Position numbers and translations under genes: made by a program. The notes beneath the pieces were generated by a model. The model was not told the origin of the DNA. It saw only the letters and a list, made by a program, of their open reading frames with translations, and did not search any database. A stretch of 53,164 nucleotides of DNA, filler included, from Catajapyx aquilonaris (lineage: Eukaryota), in the NCBI GenBank assembly GCA_000934665.2. It is 2 parts of 2 records of this genome, joined end to end, with 100 filler letters (N's around TTAATTAATTAA, not from the genome) between each part and the next. Parts side by side here need not be neighbours in the genome. Positions count along the whole stretch, not along the records: positions 1 to 26,535 come from JYFJ02005190.1; 1 more part is not named here. One strand, written 5' to 3'. Of the stretch, positions 11,355 through 22,560 are shown piece after piece. Numbering within the stretch: position 1 is the stretch's first letter; each line of letters opens with the position of its first letter.

Positions 11355-14300
11355 GTGAAACATGCCTAAATTCGCTAGTTTACGTCTGCTCCCAGTAGGG
11401 AGCACTGTTGTCCAAAAAATGTGCTGGTACAATCTCACCACGTTTGACGGGTATTTATGAAAATAAAACCCTTGCTCTTATTGAATAATTCTTAAGCGGT
11501 TGTTTTTACTGTATACAAAACTAACCGTACAAACTAACGTACGAACTAATGTGGCGGGGAATACGACCCAGCCACAATTTTTCCACACTACCAGAGACAG
11601 TTTCGCCCCCAAATTTGCCGCCCCCAAAATTTGCCACTCAAGGCAGTTGCCTACTTTGCCTATTGGGAAATACGGCCCTGCTAATACCACATATGGTGCT
11701 TGACAAATAACAGCTTTATAACATTTCAGATTCAGAGAGTAGTAATATGGTACTGATGACATATCAGATATTTTATCTCTGAAATATGGAAATACATCTC
11801 AATTTAGAAGACTGAAATCACATTGTGCTTCACCATTTACAAAAATCAGTCCTCTCCATCATCACCAGCTCCATCATAATTATGTAACATTTAAACATGT
11901 ATATCCTTTCCAATTTTCACACATCAAATGACACTCCAGTCCAGCACATACAGTCACACCTGTTATAACAAGTGTGGGTGTTTTTGAGCAGTGTGTGGGT
12001 CTTGTGCAAACTGCACACTTTTCGATATACAGTATATTTACGATGAGGAAATATTAGATTTCCTCGGTGATCATGCAAAACCTCGTATGTTCCATTGGTT
12101 TTTGCTGGAGATACGAGGTTTTGCATGATCACCGACGATTTGCTACTTTATCAGTGCACTTCTTATCAATTACAACATTTTTCTACTCCATGAGCAGTTG
12201 CTCCTTGTCCATTGGGGCACCATTGGATGGCATGGCGATGGATATTGTGAGCGTAAAGCAGGTGCATCAGTGATTTTGTCACTTAGGCCCTTTTTGCTCC
12301 AAATAACTGATCTGGCACACCTGAGAGGCGAAAATTTTAAATACAGTAGAACCTCAATTATCCATCACCCACGGGACTGGGGCATTGTCGGATAACAGAA
12401 AAGGTCGGATAATCTGAGGAGCAAAGGAAAACAACAAAAAGCATACAAAATCATGAAATAATGTACAATATTACGCTTTTCTAAGAAATAGTGAAGTACG
12501 TATTTATCTTTTACGTACACACTCTGCTGTTTAAAATTTAACTAAGGCAATACAAAACAAATGATTAGTAGTCCTCCATTACAGTATTTGATGAGAAAAC
12601 ATACATTTATTGCTGGAGCGGGATAGTCGGATAAACGGGGTTCTACTAAGTATGTTGTCATCTACATCAAATAGAGAAAGTGTGCCAAAAATCAGCTCTC
12701 CATAATTTCAAGATACCTACTATGGCTGCGTTATCAGCAGTTCCTCTAATATTGAACTATCATGTTTTATGCAAGATGGTACCAAATTCAATACTGTACC
12801 AATAAAAATATGGTTAGGATATTCTAGGTTATACACTGTATCTATCACAAAGGATTGTTGAATTTACAAGCATGTGTGTGGGATTCTAGGTAGTCACTTT
12901 AGCTGTGTACACATTCGTCTTTGCATCATTGATGGGGCGACAATATTTGGACCCAAATCAAGAGCTCGAGGGATTTGAAACTGACTATTATATTCCAGTC
13001 TTTCCATTTCTTCAGGTATAAGTAGTGACCATAAGTTATATAATAGCAAAATGTATAATAAATGGGTCATTTGGTCAGTTTTTCTTTTACATGGGCTGGT
13101 TGCGAGTGGCAGAGAGCATGGTAAATCCTTTCGGTGAAGATGACGACGACTTTGAAATTAACTGGCTGATAGACAGAAACCTGCAGGTGTCATACCTAAT
13201 TGTGGATGAGATGCACAATGATCACCCTGAGCTGATCAGGGACCAGTACTGGGAAGAGATTTTTCCCGTAGAGCTGCCTTATACTGTTGCAGCAGAGCAG
13301 TTTCGAAGTCAAGCACCTCTAGGTTCAACAGCTGTGCTTGATGAAGAACTTGCTGAAAGGCCTCTCACTAAAACAGAACATAAATCTATTCTCTCTGCAG
13401 TTAATGAAGAAGATGGTGAGACTCCCCAGGTATGTGCAGATAGAACTCACTTGTCTTCTGGGGAGTCCTTCATCTCTGATGAAAACATTCAGGGTATATG
13501 TAACAATCTGACAACTGTGATGCACAGAATTGCTTGAGCTGAACCGTGATCTATGTCAATGAGGAGTTGAATTTTATCAACATGACATACCTAGATTTGC
13601 ATATTTTTTTCTATGGAATTCTATTTCTCTGTTGCAGTGATATGAGGAGAGAAATTATGATCAGAAATTTGCATATTTCTGCACATACAGGGTGAGTCAG
13701 AAGTCAAAACTCTTTCTCATCCACCTGCCAAGTCAATCACAAATGTCCTGGAACATTCTTGTAAATAATTTGACAACTTTTACAATAAAAGGCACCCTTC
13801 CCTTCAATACATTCTCTACAGTCTCTAAGTCAACATGGTGGCATAAGCAATATGTTGGTGCATTGCAGTTTTCATCTCCCTTTCCTAGAACTAAACATTG
13901 TGCAGCCCTAGCTAGAGCCAAACTATTGTTTATCTCCCTATCCCAGCAGGCAAGATTTTATAGCAAAACATACTGCAAAACCAATCAGAATGTGTGAAAA
14001 AAAGGGGGTAAGCTCCAAGCAACTCTACTGCATCTGCAGAATCTTACTAGCTCATATTGATCAAGGATCCCTTCCAAGATTGAATTTGCCATTCGCCTGG
14101 GTAATTTTATATTGAAAATTGTTCCTAATAACATTAGATGAAAAAGTGAAATTCAGTTTTTAAATAATACCGTATGTTGCAGCTGAGTAGTGAAAACCTG
14201 CACATGTAATTTTTATGACAGCGATATATGATGGCCAATTTCTGTGAGTTGCCCATTGCTCACTTAAGCTTATTATTTAATAAAACAAAAGTTGGCTGAA

Positions 14301-15223
14301 CACTGTGGCAACACCTAAAATGGGTATTACAATGTGGAATCATGCATAATATTGTACATGCATTTTAAATCTAATTAACATTATTGTTCATGAACATGCG
14401 ACTTTAAAATTGGGCCATAGCCTAAAATTGTCCAGAAAATAAAAATAAAAGTTCTGCTTGGTTCCTAGCGCGTTCTGTGGCCATTAAAAATGTAAAAAAA
14501 TTACAAATGCTCAATTTTCCAGCTCGGGTTTTCACTACACAGACAGCAGATATTTAAAACTTAGTTTAACTTTGACATCTAATGTTATTAGGAACAACTT
14601 CCAATAAAAATTATTGTGGGCGACCACAAAATCAATCCTGGAACAGAGCCCTTACACAAACAGATCATTATAAATACTAAGGGTGGAATTTTCCTCCCAC
14701 TGCTAGTTACTGCTAACTTAGCAGTGGGACGAAAATTCAACTGGAAGTCTTTTACAAAGGTCAATAGTTATTTGAGTAGGCTACAAGTAGCTTATCAATG
14801 AAAAGAGCTAACAACATCCTACTCACAAGCAATAATTTAGAAAATACTCCAAAAATTGTCTGTTTATGTGCTGACAGTAACTCATTGTCAGCCCAGTCCA
14901 ATCTAAATAAATTGGCTGATGTCATGATTAGGTGTTTTGTGGAGTTTCTGAAGGCTGTCTTTAGCAGAGGCAGTAAAAACCACCCATATTGATCACTTAC
15001 AGTTCTGCAAATAATCGAAAAGTATTGCTGCCTGTGAGGCAATAAACTTGTTCCAGTGAGCTGTCACTTATTAATTAATGAGTAATAATTTTGAAGGGAA
15101 GGAGGAAATGACAAAAATCACTCCCACATTTACCAGTCAGCCAGTTCCTGTGGGGTATAGCAGCCTCCAGGTCGACCTCATTGTATACCAGAATGCATGC
15201 TTATAATTATATTAATAATAATA

Positions 15224-15279
<56 letters not shown>

Positions 15280-17404
15280 ATAAAGTAATACATGGAAATA
15301 ACAAAGTCTTATCTTCCAGACACGTAAGACTTTAAGCACAAGAATCCATTTTGCTCAGCTACATAGGACAGGACGTGATTATTCAAAGACAGAATCAGGT
15401 TTGCCACTAGAGTCGTCTTCTTTCATATTACAATATTCTTAACGATGTTTGTAAAAGCAATTCCATAATTTTGTTTAGACAAGGACCATCATGGCATTGA
15501 TCACTTCCCAAAACAGGCAGAAGGGTCACGAAGGGTATGCTTCATCTTCCTGTACATATCTAATTTGTGGGATAATAATCTGACATATTAACTTTATGTG
15601 TAATGCAGAATAAGCTTGATGACCACCATCAATCTGAACATAGTCGTGTAAGACTAAGAAAATCCAAGACCGCTGTGCACCCAATGTGGAGCACATCATT
15701 TGATACAGAAGGGCACCCACTATTGGCATTTACGTCTGCAACCAATACACCAACAAAAGCTGCAAAAACATATGACATGTGGAAACATAAGAAGCCTGCA
15801 CTTTCCCAAAATGCACGTGGTCAGCCTGTACATGATCAGCGGCAGCAATTCACTTTACAACCTTCTGAGAACAAAGAGCACCAAATTCAGTTCCCAACAT
15901 TATTAGGTCCTTTAGGTACTCCAGTGGACATATTTGATGAACCAACAACTTCACGGCAGGGGAAAGGAAAACCTTCTTCAGCAGTCTTTGCAAGATCTAT
16001 AGCAAGTCCTCCTGCATCAGTGTCTCGTGCGATGCTTCCCACACCATCAAAGCTTGCTGTTTTTAGTTCAATGTTACGCCGTGGGCCAACACAACATCAA
16101 AAATCACCAGTACCTTCCAAGAAAATTGTTACTTCACGTCAAGCATCACCACCTTCCATGCTTACCAGACCACTACTTTCTACTCATAAAGCATGTGTTA
16201 CAGACATACATAAGCCAAACATGAAAAAAGTAGTACCACAATCATCTTCCAAGAAAGTGGATCTTAAGATACATGGATTAAAGACTCCCCCAAGAACTGT
16301 CCATGGTTTGAGTTCTAGACTATCCCAAAGGTCTTCAGTAAGGAGGTACCCAGGACATCCTATTTTCTCATCACCTCTGCCTGAAGAAGATGAACCTCTT
16401 CTGGGCAGCCCATCTACAGAATCCTTCTTCACTCCATCTCATACTGAGTCGATGCTAACCACATCAAGGAGACGACAACATTTTGCTTCCAGGATGACCA
16501 TTGGTAGGGGATTGTCAAGGTATAACAGTAATTCTGTACACTCCTCCAGTGGGAAAGACAAATCAGGTTTATTCTACTTCATTTATCAGCAGGCCATCCA
16601 CAATACTGGATGAAGATGAATCCATCTGCACTGACGAGGGTTTTAGTGGCACTTCACATCAAGAACACATGATGTACCCTATCCAGGAACCAGGAACCTC
16701 TCCATCGGATGATCCATCTAGCCCTGTCCAAAAGAGGCGCAAGACAATACCACAAGACCACGAGATTTCTCAGGAGCATCCTAATACAGAAATGTGGTGG
16801 AGGAAAGGTCATGGATGGATCAAGTGTGATGACATCGAAGATCATCAAGATAGGCGGAAATTGAGATACAAGCTGAGGAGAGCTGATGTGTTGAGAGATG
16901 AGTGGCAAAAGCATCAAGTACAGGAGAAGAAATGGATGCAGAGAAGGTGGTTGCAGCTGAGAAATGTATTTGCAACTATGAGAAGGAGAAAGAGTCTCAA
17001 GGCTGAAGAAGAACTTAAGAAAAGGGCTCAGGAAATGAGGGCTAAAAGAGAGGAAGATAACAGAAGACGGAGAGTTGAGATGGAGCGACACAGAACTGAG
17101 ATGGACAAGCAGAGAATAGAGATGGACAGGCAAAGAGCAGAGATGGAAAGGCTTAGGCAGAGAGCAGAGGAGGAGAGGCAAAGAGCAGAAACTGAGAGAA
17201 AAAAATTAGAGATGGAGAGACAGAGATTAGAAGTGGAAAGGATGCGAGCAGCAGGTAGGATACTGTGTGGTGCACAGTCTTAGATCTTTTTCAAAATTGC
17301 CCTTCTCTTCTGCTTTTATTCCAGTTCGACACCAAAGCAGGTCACCATCCCTTTCAAAAAGCCCAACAGGTCATGCACCTGCCCGGAAAAGCCAGGGCAA
17401 ATAA
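6192..17404 (+). CDS. BEST: Bestrophin (calcium-activated chloride channel), proposed 12-exon model of ~996 aa
   Basis: Exons 6192-6265, 7199-7309, 7407-7578, 8150-8279, 8830-9068, 12890-13015, 13079-13429 (core) plus 15320-15398, 15479-15534, 15609-16519, 16593-17254, 17325-17404 (inferred). All introns GT-AG and phase-compatible; total 2991 nt. Confidence 0.8.
7199..7309 (+). CDS. BEST: Bestrophin coding exon 2
   Basis: tttcag| [12 protein letters not shown]...[10 protein letters not shown](R) |gtaagt. Confidence 0.95.
7407..7578 (+). CDS. BEST: Bestrophin coding exon 3
   Basis: [26 protein letters not shown]; neck residues equivalent to I76/F80/F84 retained; donor |gtgagg. Confidence 0.95.
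8150..8279 (+). CDS. BEST: Bestrophin coding exon 4
   Basis: [14 protein letters not shown]...[13 protein letters not shown](G), containing the RFP motif. Confidence 0.95.
8628..8711. mobile_element. 84-bp Tigger/pogo-type MITE
   Basis: TA|CAGTAAAACCTCGATATAACGCT ... AGCGTTATATTGAGGTTTTACTG|TA. Confidence 0.8.
8830..9068 (+). CDS. BEST: Bestrophin coding exon 5
   Basis: [29 protein letters not shown] |gtaaga. Confidence 0.95.
9838..11453. mobile_element. pogo/Tc1-type non-autonomous element nested in the hAT element
   Basis: Imperfect TIRs TACTGTCAAACAGGGTGAGATTGT / ACAATCTCACCACGTTTGACGGGTA bounded by TA. Confidence 0.7.
11015..11352 (+). mobile_element. Short non-LTR retro-insertion (SINE or 5'-truncated LINE) with (TAT)n tail
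   Basis: 14-bp TSD TAGTGAAACATGCC at 11001-11014 and 11353-11366; tail of TAT repeats at 11281-11352. Confidence 0.8.
12064..12135. repeat. 72-nt hairpin with a 25-bp perfect stem
   Basis: TCGGTGATCATGCAAAACCTCGTAT ... ATACGAGGTTTTGCATGATCACCGA. Confidence 0.85.
12342..12650. mobile_element. Tigger-like MITE (second, inverted copy at 20622-20980)
   Basis: TACAGTAGAACC.. / ..GGTTCTACT termini; interior matches the reverse complement of 20622-20980. Confidence 0.75.
12890..13015 (+). CDS. BEST: Bestrophin coding exon 6
   Basis: VVTLAVYTF...GRQYLDP...[11 protein letters not shown] |gtataa. Confidence 0.95.
13079..13429 (+). CDS. BEST: Bestrophin coding exon 7 (Ca2+ clasp)
   Basis: [46 protein letters not shown]. 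Donor CAG|GTATGT at 13430; unspliced, the frame stops at 13537. Confidence 0.93.
14065..14650. mobile_element. Decayed MITE-like inverted repeat
   Basis: TAATTTTATATTGAAAATTGTTCCTAATAACATTAGATG (~14102) versus CATCTAATGTTATTAGGAACAACTTCCAATAAAAATTA (~14576). Confidence 0.55.
15224..15279. repeat. (GAT)n microsatellite preceded by AAT repeats
   Basis: Seen directly. Confidence 0.95.
15320..15534 (+). CDS. Two putative small bestrophin tail exons (15320-15398 and 15479-15534)
   Basis: cttccag|[16 protein letters not shown]|gtttg and gtttag|DKDHHG..GSRR|gtatgc; phases 0-1-0 link exon 7 to the 15609 exon. Confidence 0.55.
15609..16519 (+). CDS. Putative bestrophin tail exon, S/P/T/K-rich low complexity
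   Basis: Open frame of ~300 codons after the tgcag acceptor; donor AAG|GTATAA at 16520. Confidence 0.65.
16593..17254 (+). CDS. Putative bestrophin tail exon with E/R/K/M-rich heptad-repeat helix
   Basis: Tandem acceptor TTTATCAGCAG (exon start 16590 or 16593); 21-nt repeats encoding [21 protein letters not shown]; donor GCAG|GTAGGA. Confidence 0.65.
17325..17404 (+). CDS. Putative terminal bestrophin exon
   Basis: Strong pyrimidine tract plus ccag; [26 protein letters not shown]. Confidence 0.55.
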
Positions 17405-17443
17405 TTTTTATATCCTGCAGAGTTCTATTTTGTCACCTGAAAA

Positions 17444-17453
17444 AATAAATAAA
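17444..17453 (+). terminator. Overlapping AATAAA poly(A) signals
   Basis: AATAAATAAA about 40 nt after the proposed stop. Confidence 0.5.
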
Positions 17454-17526
17454 GAAAACATACAGATTGAGGATCTCACGTGGTCCCTCAAAACCCTGAA
17501 AATGTTCATGTGCAAATAAGTTACAT

Positions 17527-19069
17527 GCATTAAATCGTCAACTTTTATAAACTTTCCAATTGAAGGTACATGACTGAAGTTTAACCTAAAGAGCTTCCCA
17601 CAAATGGCATGCTGCGAGGCACTTAACCTCCATATTGTCATCCACATGCTTCAAAAAGACGTGTGGTAATGACCAACTAGCCACATGATTAAAGCCATTA
17701 ATTACAAATTATTGTAATAATTTATTCTGGAGGTACATTTGCAAATCATGCCTTGGCATTCACACATTCGTAAAAGCCATTAACATGTCTACTATGGCAT
17801 TCACATATGCAGACAAAAAAAAAAACAACTATTGCAACAATACAAGAAAATAAAAACCTTTAAGCTCTCCTGATGTCTATTATAATTGAGTAACCCTTGA
17901 ACATTTTAAGTGTCTTTCCCCCATTTCTAGAAAAAAGTTAAAATGGTTTTAAATTGTTTTTCATAATGCAAATTGTCCTGTAGTTGTAGAATCACCCATA
18001 TAACTTAAGCACATCCTCCTGTATATTTTAAACATATCTAGATTACCTAGATAATACATAATACAATATAAATGCTTTGTAAATAGTGTTAGACTGTGTT
18101 GTATATAGAATAATGACAAGAAAAAGTCTGCATGTAACGGAGGACTGACCGGTAAAATGGTTAGCTTGCCACAAGCCTGTGCCCTCTTAGGCCAAGTTGC
18201 ATCACATATTTCGTTCGAAACCCTGGAGTTACCAAATAAGAATGGTAACCCCAGGGTTTCTAGCAAAACCAGTGAAGGTGTAACTTCCTGATACTATGAT
18301 TACTGGGTAGCCTACCATATGAATCGGCAACTGTCCCTCTCAAACTGCATGCCAAAGTTTGGTTTATTTAAAATACTGTATAAATTGCAATTTTCTCAAA
18401 TTAATAAGAGATCTCTGCTCCTCGTTGGTGCATATCTGAAGGAGCACTGCCATCTATTACAAGCTATTGTCTGACTCACATTCTACCCATTGGGGCCGTC
18501 CATAAATTACATAGACAGGAAAGGGAGGTCCTCAATTGTATATGTTTACAGCACTTTTGTAGTAGGATTTGTGATTTTGAACCAATTAACCAGTGACAAG
18601 GTCGAAGAGGGGGGATGATACAGGCCGATTGTACATGTAAATAAGGGGGGGTGTACATGAATGGTGCATATACAAGTGTCTACTGGGGGGGGGGATTGAA
18701 AATAGTGAAAAAAGTGTCTACACAATTTATGGATCCATGGTTTTTATTTTCTTGTATTGTTGCAATAGTTTTTTTTTTGTCTGCATATGTGAATGCCATA
18801 GTAGACATGTTAATGGCTTTTACGAATATGTGAATGCCAAGACATGATTTGCAAATAATGTACCTCCAGAATAAATTATTACAATAATTTGTAATTAATG
18901 GCTTTAATCATGTGGCTAGTTGGTCATTACCACACGTCTTTTTGAAGCATGTGGATGACAATATGGAGGTTAAGTGCCTCGCAGCATGCCATTTGTGGGA
19001 AGCTCTTTAGGTTAAACTTCAGTCATGTACCTTCAATTGGAAAGTTTATAAAAGTTGACGATTTAATGC
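17527..19069. repeat. ~330-bp near-identical inverted repeat (17527-17858 / 18739-19069)
   Basis: Arms are reverse complements with few differences; spacer ~880 bp. Confidence 0.92.
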
Positions 19070-19426
19070 TTGGGTGATCTCACATGGAATTACCCGGATG
19101 GTCCTATTGACAAACTGTCTGAAATTGTACACATGTGTACATACCATACAAGTCCACAGATGTTCACTTCAAATTGCATTCAGAATGCTGCATTAAAAAA
19201 TTATTGCATGGCCAACCTTTTCATATCATCAACCATTGTATTATACGAGGTGCATCAAGGAAGTAAGTTCCATTTTTTAAATTAGAAAAACTACAATGCA
19301 CCCCCAGAAGTTGTATTACATACCTCAGAAAGCTTCAACTGTCTACTTTTTTTCAACATAGGTTCCAGCCAAATTAAGGCATTTGTCACTGAGTTACAGA
19401 AGATATTGTATGCCTATGTCATAGAA

Positions 19427-19952
19427 CAGGGATATTCAACTGGCGGACCGCAACGTAATTTTGTCAGGACCGCGACGATATACAGGACAGTTTGAAATAG
19501 CATTAGAAATTACTAATTCATGATTTTTTGGAAAAAGTGCTACCAATTATATTAAATACACACTCATTCAAATCTTCCACTTTCACCTAAGCTTGTGTGA
19601 CCTTCAACCCCCTCCCCCCCCAAATAAATAAATAAATTGGCTCCCCACCCTTTATGGCTTGTTCACCTTGTGCTTATGAAATGGGCCCCCTCCGATTTTT
19701 CTGCCTACGTGCCTGTACAGGACATCATAAAGGGCGAAAATGTCTTAATATGTCCTGTCTTGATAGGCTCTTCTACCCTTGCTGCACATGTTTCTATTTT
19801 CAAAATTGAAACATGTGGTACCATATAAAAATATCAAATCCATATCCATATCTTTACGCGGGGGGGGGGNGGGGGGGGGGGGGGGTCCGGACCTTCAATG
19901 GCCCAGGAAAGGTAAATACTGGCCCTTGTCATAAACTAGTTGAATACCCCTG
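19427..19952. mobile_element. hAT-type MITE
   Basis: TIR CAGGGATATTCAACT / AGTTGAATACCCCTG; exact 8-bp TSD TCATAGAA. Confidence 0.88.
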
Positions 19953-20621
19953 TCATAGAAGTTTGCCACCAGCCATTTTCCCGCTGGACTGCAACTTCTC
20001 GTCATCATCAAACCTCTGCTTTGCATACGATCTTCATGCCCATGGACAGGTGGTAATCGCTAGGCTCTAAATCCTGGTTCTAAGGAGGGTGATCAAACAA
20101 TTCTCATTTGAATTGTCGCGTCAGAGTTCCAGTGCGCAAGGCACTAGGCGGGCGATACTTGTCACGCAAGAAAAACACCCCAGAACTCAACATACCACGA
20201 CATTTCTTTCGAATGGCCATCCTTAACCTCTGTAATGTCTCACAATAAACCTTGGGGTTGAAAAAACGTACCTGCATGTTGAGTTCTGGGGTGTTTTTCT
20301 TGCGTGACAATTCTCGCCTGCCTACTTGTCCTTTCGCACTGGAACTCTGCCGCAACAATTCAAGTAAGAATTGTTCGTTCACCCACCTTAGAACCGGGAT
20401 TTAGAGCCTAGCGATTACCACTTGTCCATGGGCATTAAAAAATGGTATGCAAAGCAGAGGTTTGACAATGACGAGGAGTTGCAGTCCGGCGGGGAAATAG
20501 CTGCTGGCAAACTTCTACATGAAGACATAGGCATACAAAATCTTCTGTAACTCTATGCCTCAATTTGGCTGTAACCTATGTTGAAAAAAAATAGACAGTT
20601 TAAGCTTTTAGAGGTATGTAA

Positions 20622-20980
20622 TACAGTTGAGTCCCGTTTATCCGACCTCCAATTATTATCAGACTCCTCGGATTATCCGACCCCTCAGACTGTCCCGCTC
20701 CAGCAATAAATGTATGTTTTTTCATCAAATACTGCAATGCTGGTCTACCAATCATTTGTTTCGTATTTCCTTAGATAAATTTTAAACAGCAGTGTGTGTA
20801 TGTAAAAGATAAATACTTCAATATTTTTAGAAAAGAGTAATATTGTAGGTCATATTATTTCGTGATTTTCTAGGCTTTTAGTTCTGTTTTCCTTTGCTCC
20901 TCGGATTAATTATCCGACCTTTTCTGTTATCCAACAATGCCCCAGTCCTGTGGGTGACGGATAATCGGGGTTCTACTGTA
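20622..20980. mobile_element. Tigger-like MITE
   Basis: TA|CAGT..ACTG|TA; the empty site is visible in the opposite arm of the mariner fold-back. Confidence 0.85.
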
Positions 20981-21048
20981 CAACTTTTGGGGGTGCATTG
21001 CAGTTTTTCTAATAAAAAACAGAACTTACTTTATTGAGGAACCTCGTA

Positions 21049-21743
21049 TACAGGGTCATTGGAAAATAATGTCCCAATTTTAAAACCCTATAACTCGGAA
21101 ACTTGTAGACATATCTTAATGATTTAAGTTTTAAAATGCTAATCGTAAATGTCTTAGGTTTTGGTGTCACCTAAGTTTGTTTCTATATGAACTTCATTTG
21201 TCGCTCGAAAAATGTAAATACGATAATCGATGTCTTGCATAACCCAATCAGACATATCTGAAGTCACCATTGTGATCCTATCCCTTAGGTGTTAGAGATG
21301 CCGGATCTTTTCACCATTCATGTGTCTCCACAAAAAAGTCATTTGGGGTAGGCTAATATCTGGGCTTCTGGGGGTGCTAGGAATTGGGAAACTTCTCATT
21401 CAAGACTTCGCACACAAGGGGTGCTGAACAAATGAAACTTTCCTACACAGGATTATTTCATTCATGAGGTGACTTTTTATGTGCATCATTAAGAACAACA
21501 TGTGTGGTGTAAAGATCCATCATCTCCAGCACCTACGGGATAGGATCACACCGTTAACTCCAGATATCATTCAGTGGGTTTGGCTTGAGACCGAATACCA
21601 TCTTTTTTATTTTCTGAGCAACAAATGAAGCTCATGTCGAAACAAACTATGGTGAGACCAAAACTTTAGACATTTCTTAGCATTTCAAAACTTAAATCAT
21701 TAAGATATGTCTGAAAGTTTTCGAGTTATAGGGTTTTAAAATG
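21049..21743. mobile_element. Tc1/mariner-type fold-back MITE, right end eroded
   Basis: Starts TACAGGGT; TTTTAAAACCCTATAACTCG..GACATATCTTAATGATTTAAG is mirrored near 21690-21743. Confidence 0.7.
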
Positions 21744-22560
21744 AAGCAGTGAGAACCAGAAGTTGTTAAGTCCATTTTTGCCATTTTTCAGGAGAGCAGT
21801 TTGAAAGTTTCAAATAATAATCTTTGACATACCTTTCGTTGACATTAGAGTCTCGGCAATTTTTCTGTGATATCACTACGATTGTAAGTTAATGAAATGT
21901 AAATATGGAGTATCTAGTGCAGGGGTTCCCAACCTTTTTGCACCCGCGACCCCCCAAATCACCTAAAATTTCTCCACGGTCCCCCTTGCAAAAATAACAT
22001 ACATAAATCTTTAATGAAGCAGCCAAACATCTTTAATGAAGCAGCCAAACAATACAAGAAATTTCCCCACAATATTAATACAAAACACCAAATATGGTAC
22101 AATGCCTCTCACAGCCCCCCTGGAGCAGGGAAATAATATCTCCTAAATTAATTTTAGTCCCTTTATTAGGCCTGAATGTGATGACAATAATTTATTCTAA
22201 ATGCATTTTTTGTGAAGGCCCTTTTTGGACTTATCAACATCTGGCACGAATTTTCTCTTCAGTGCTAAGAGTATCCCAGTCTGAAAAGGGGACTTGTAAT
22301 CATCTGGCCGGGATAAAACATTTTTCTATGAAAATATGCCTGAGGCCTAGAATTTGCCATTATCTCAAAATCCAATTGAAATATCAGTAGTGGTTTGTGA
22401 TTTTTTTCATTAGGTGCTTATTTTTTAAGCAGTTACTATGGACCAGCTACTTTAGAAGTTATAAATATATTAGCTTAAATAACATGCTTTGCCATTGATT
22501 TACCTATCACAGAAGTTTAATGCAAATTGATACATATTAGTTCCGCCACCTTCACTTCTT

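Larger units (their letters stand above)
9723..11680. mobile_element. Non-autonomous hAT element carrying nested insertions
   Basis: TIRs CAGGGCCGTATT / AATACGGCCCTG; exact 8-bp TSD CTAATACC at 9715-9722 and 11681-11688. Confidence 0.85.
19244..21048. mobile_element. Fold-back mariner derivative made of two inverted 3' ends, with two nested MITEs
   Basis: TACGAGG...CCTCGTA termini; both arms carry mariner C-terminal remnants (MLSSGVFFLRD, LEPSDYHL, RFDNDEEL); centre ~20195-20275. Confidence 0.85.

Noticed and set aside
13638..13691. Extra bestrophin exon
   Set aside because: Phase incompatible with the candidate upstream donors, and its 3' end overlaps a TACAGGGTG mariner-like terminus
16654..17181. 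175-aa Leu/Ser/Pro-rich minus-strand ORF
   Set aside because: Antisense shadow of the purine-rich coiled-coil exon
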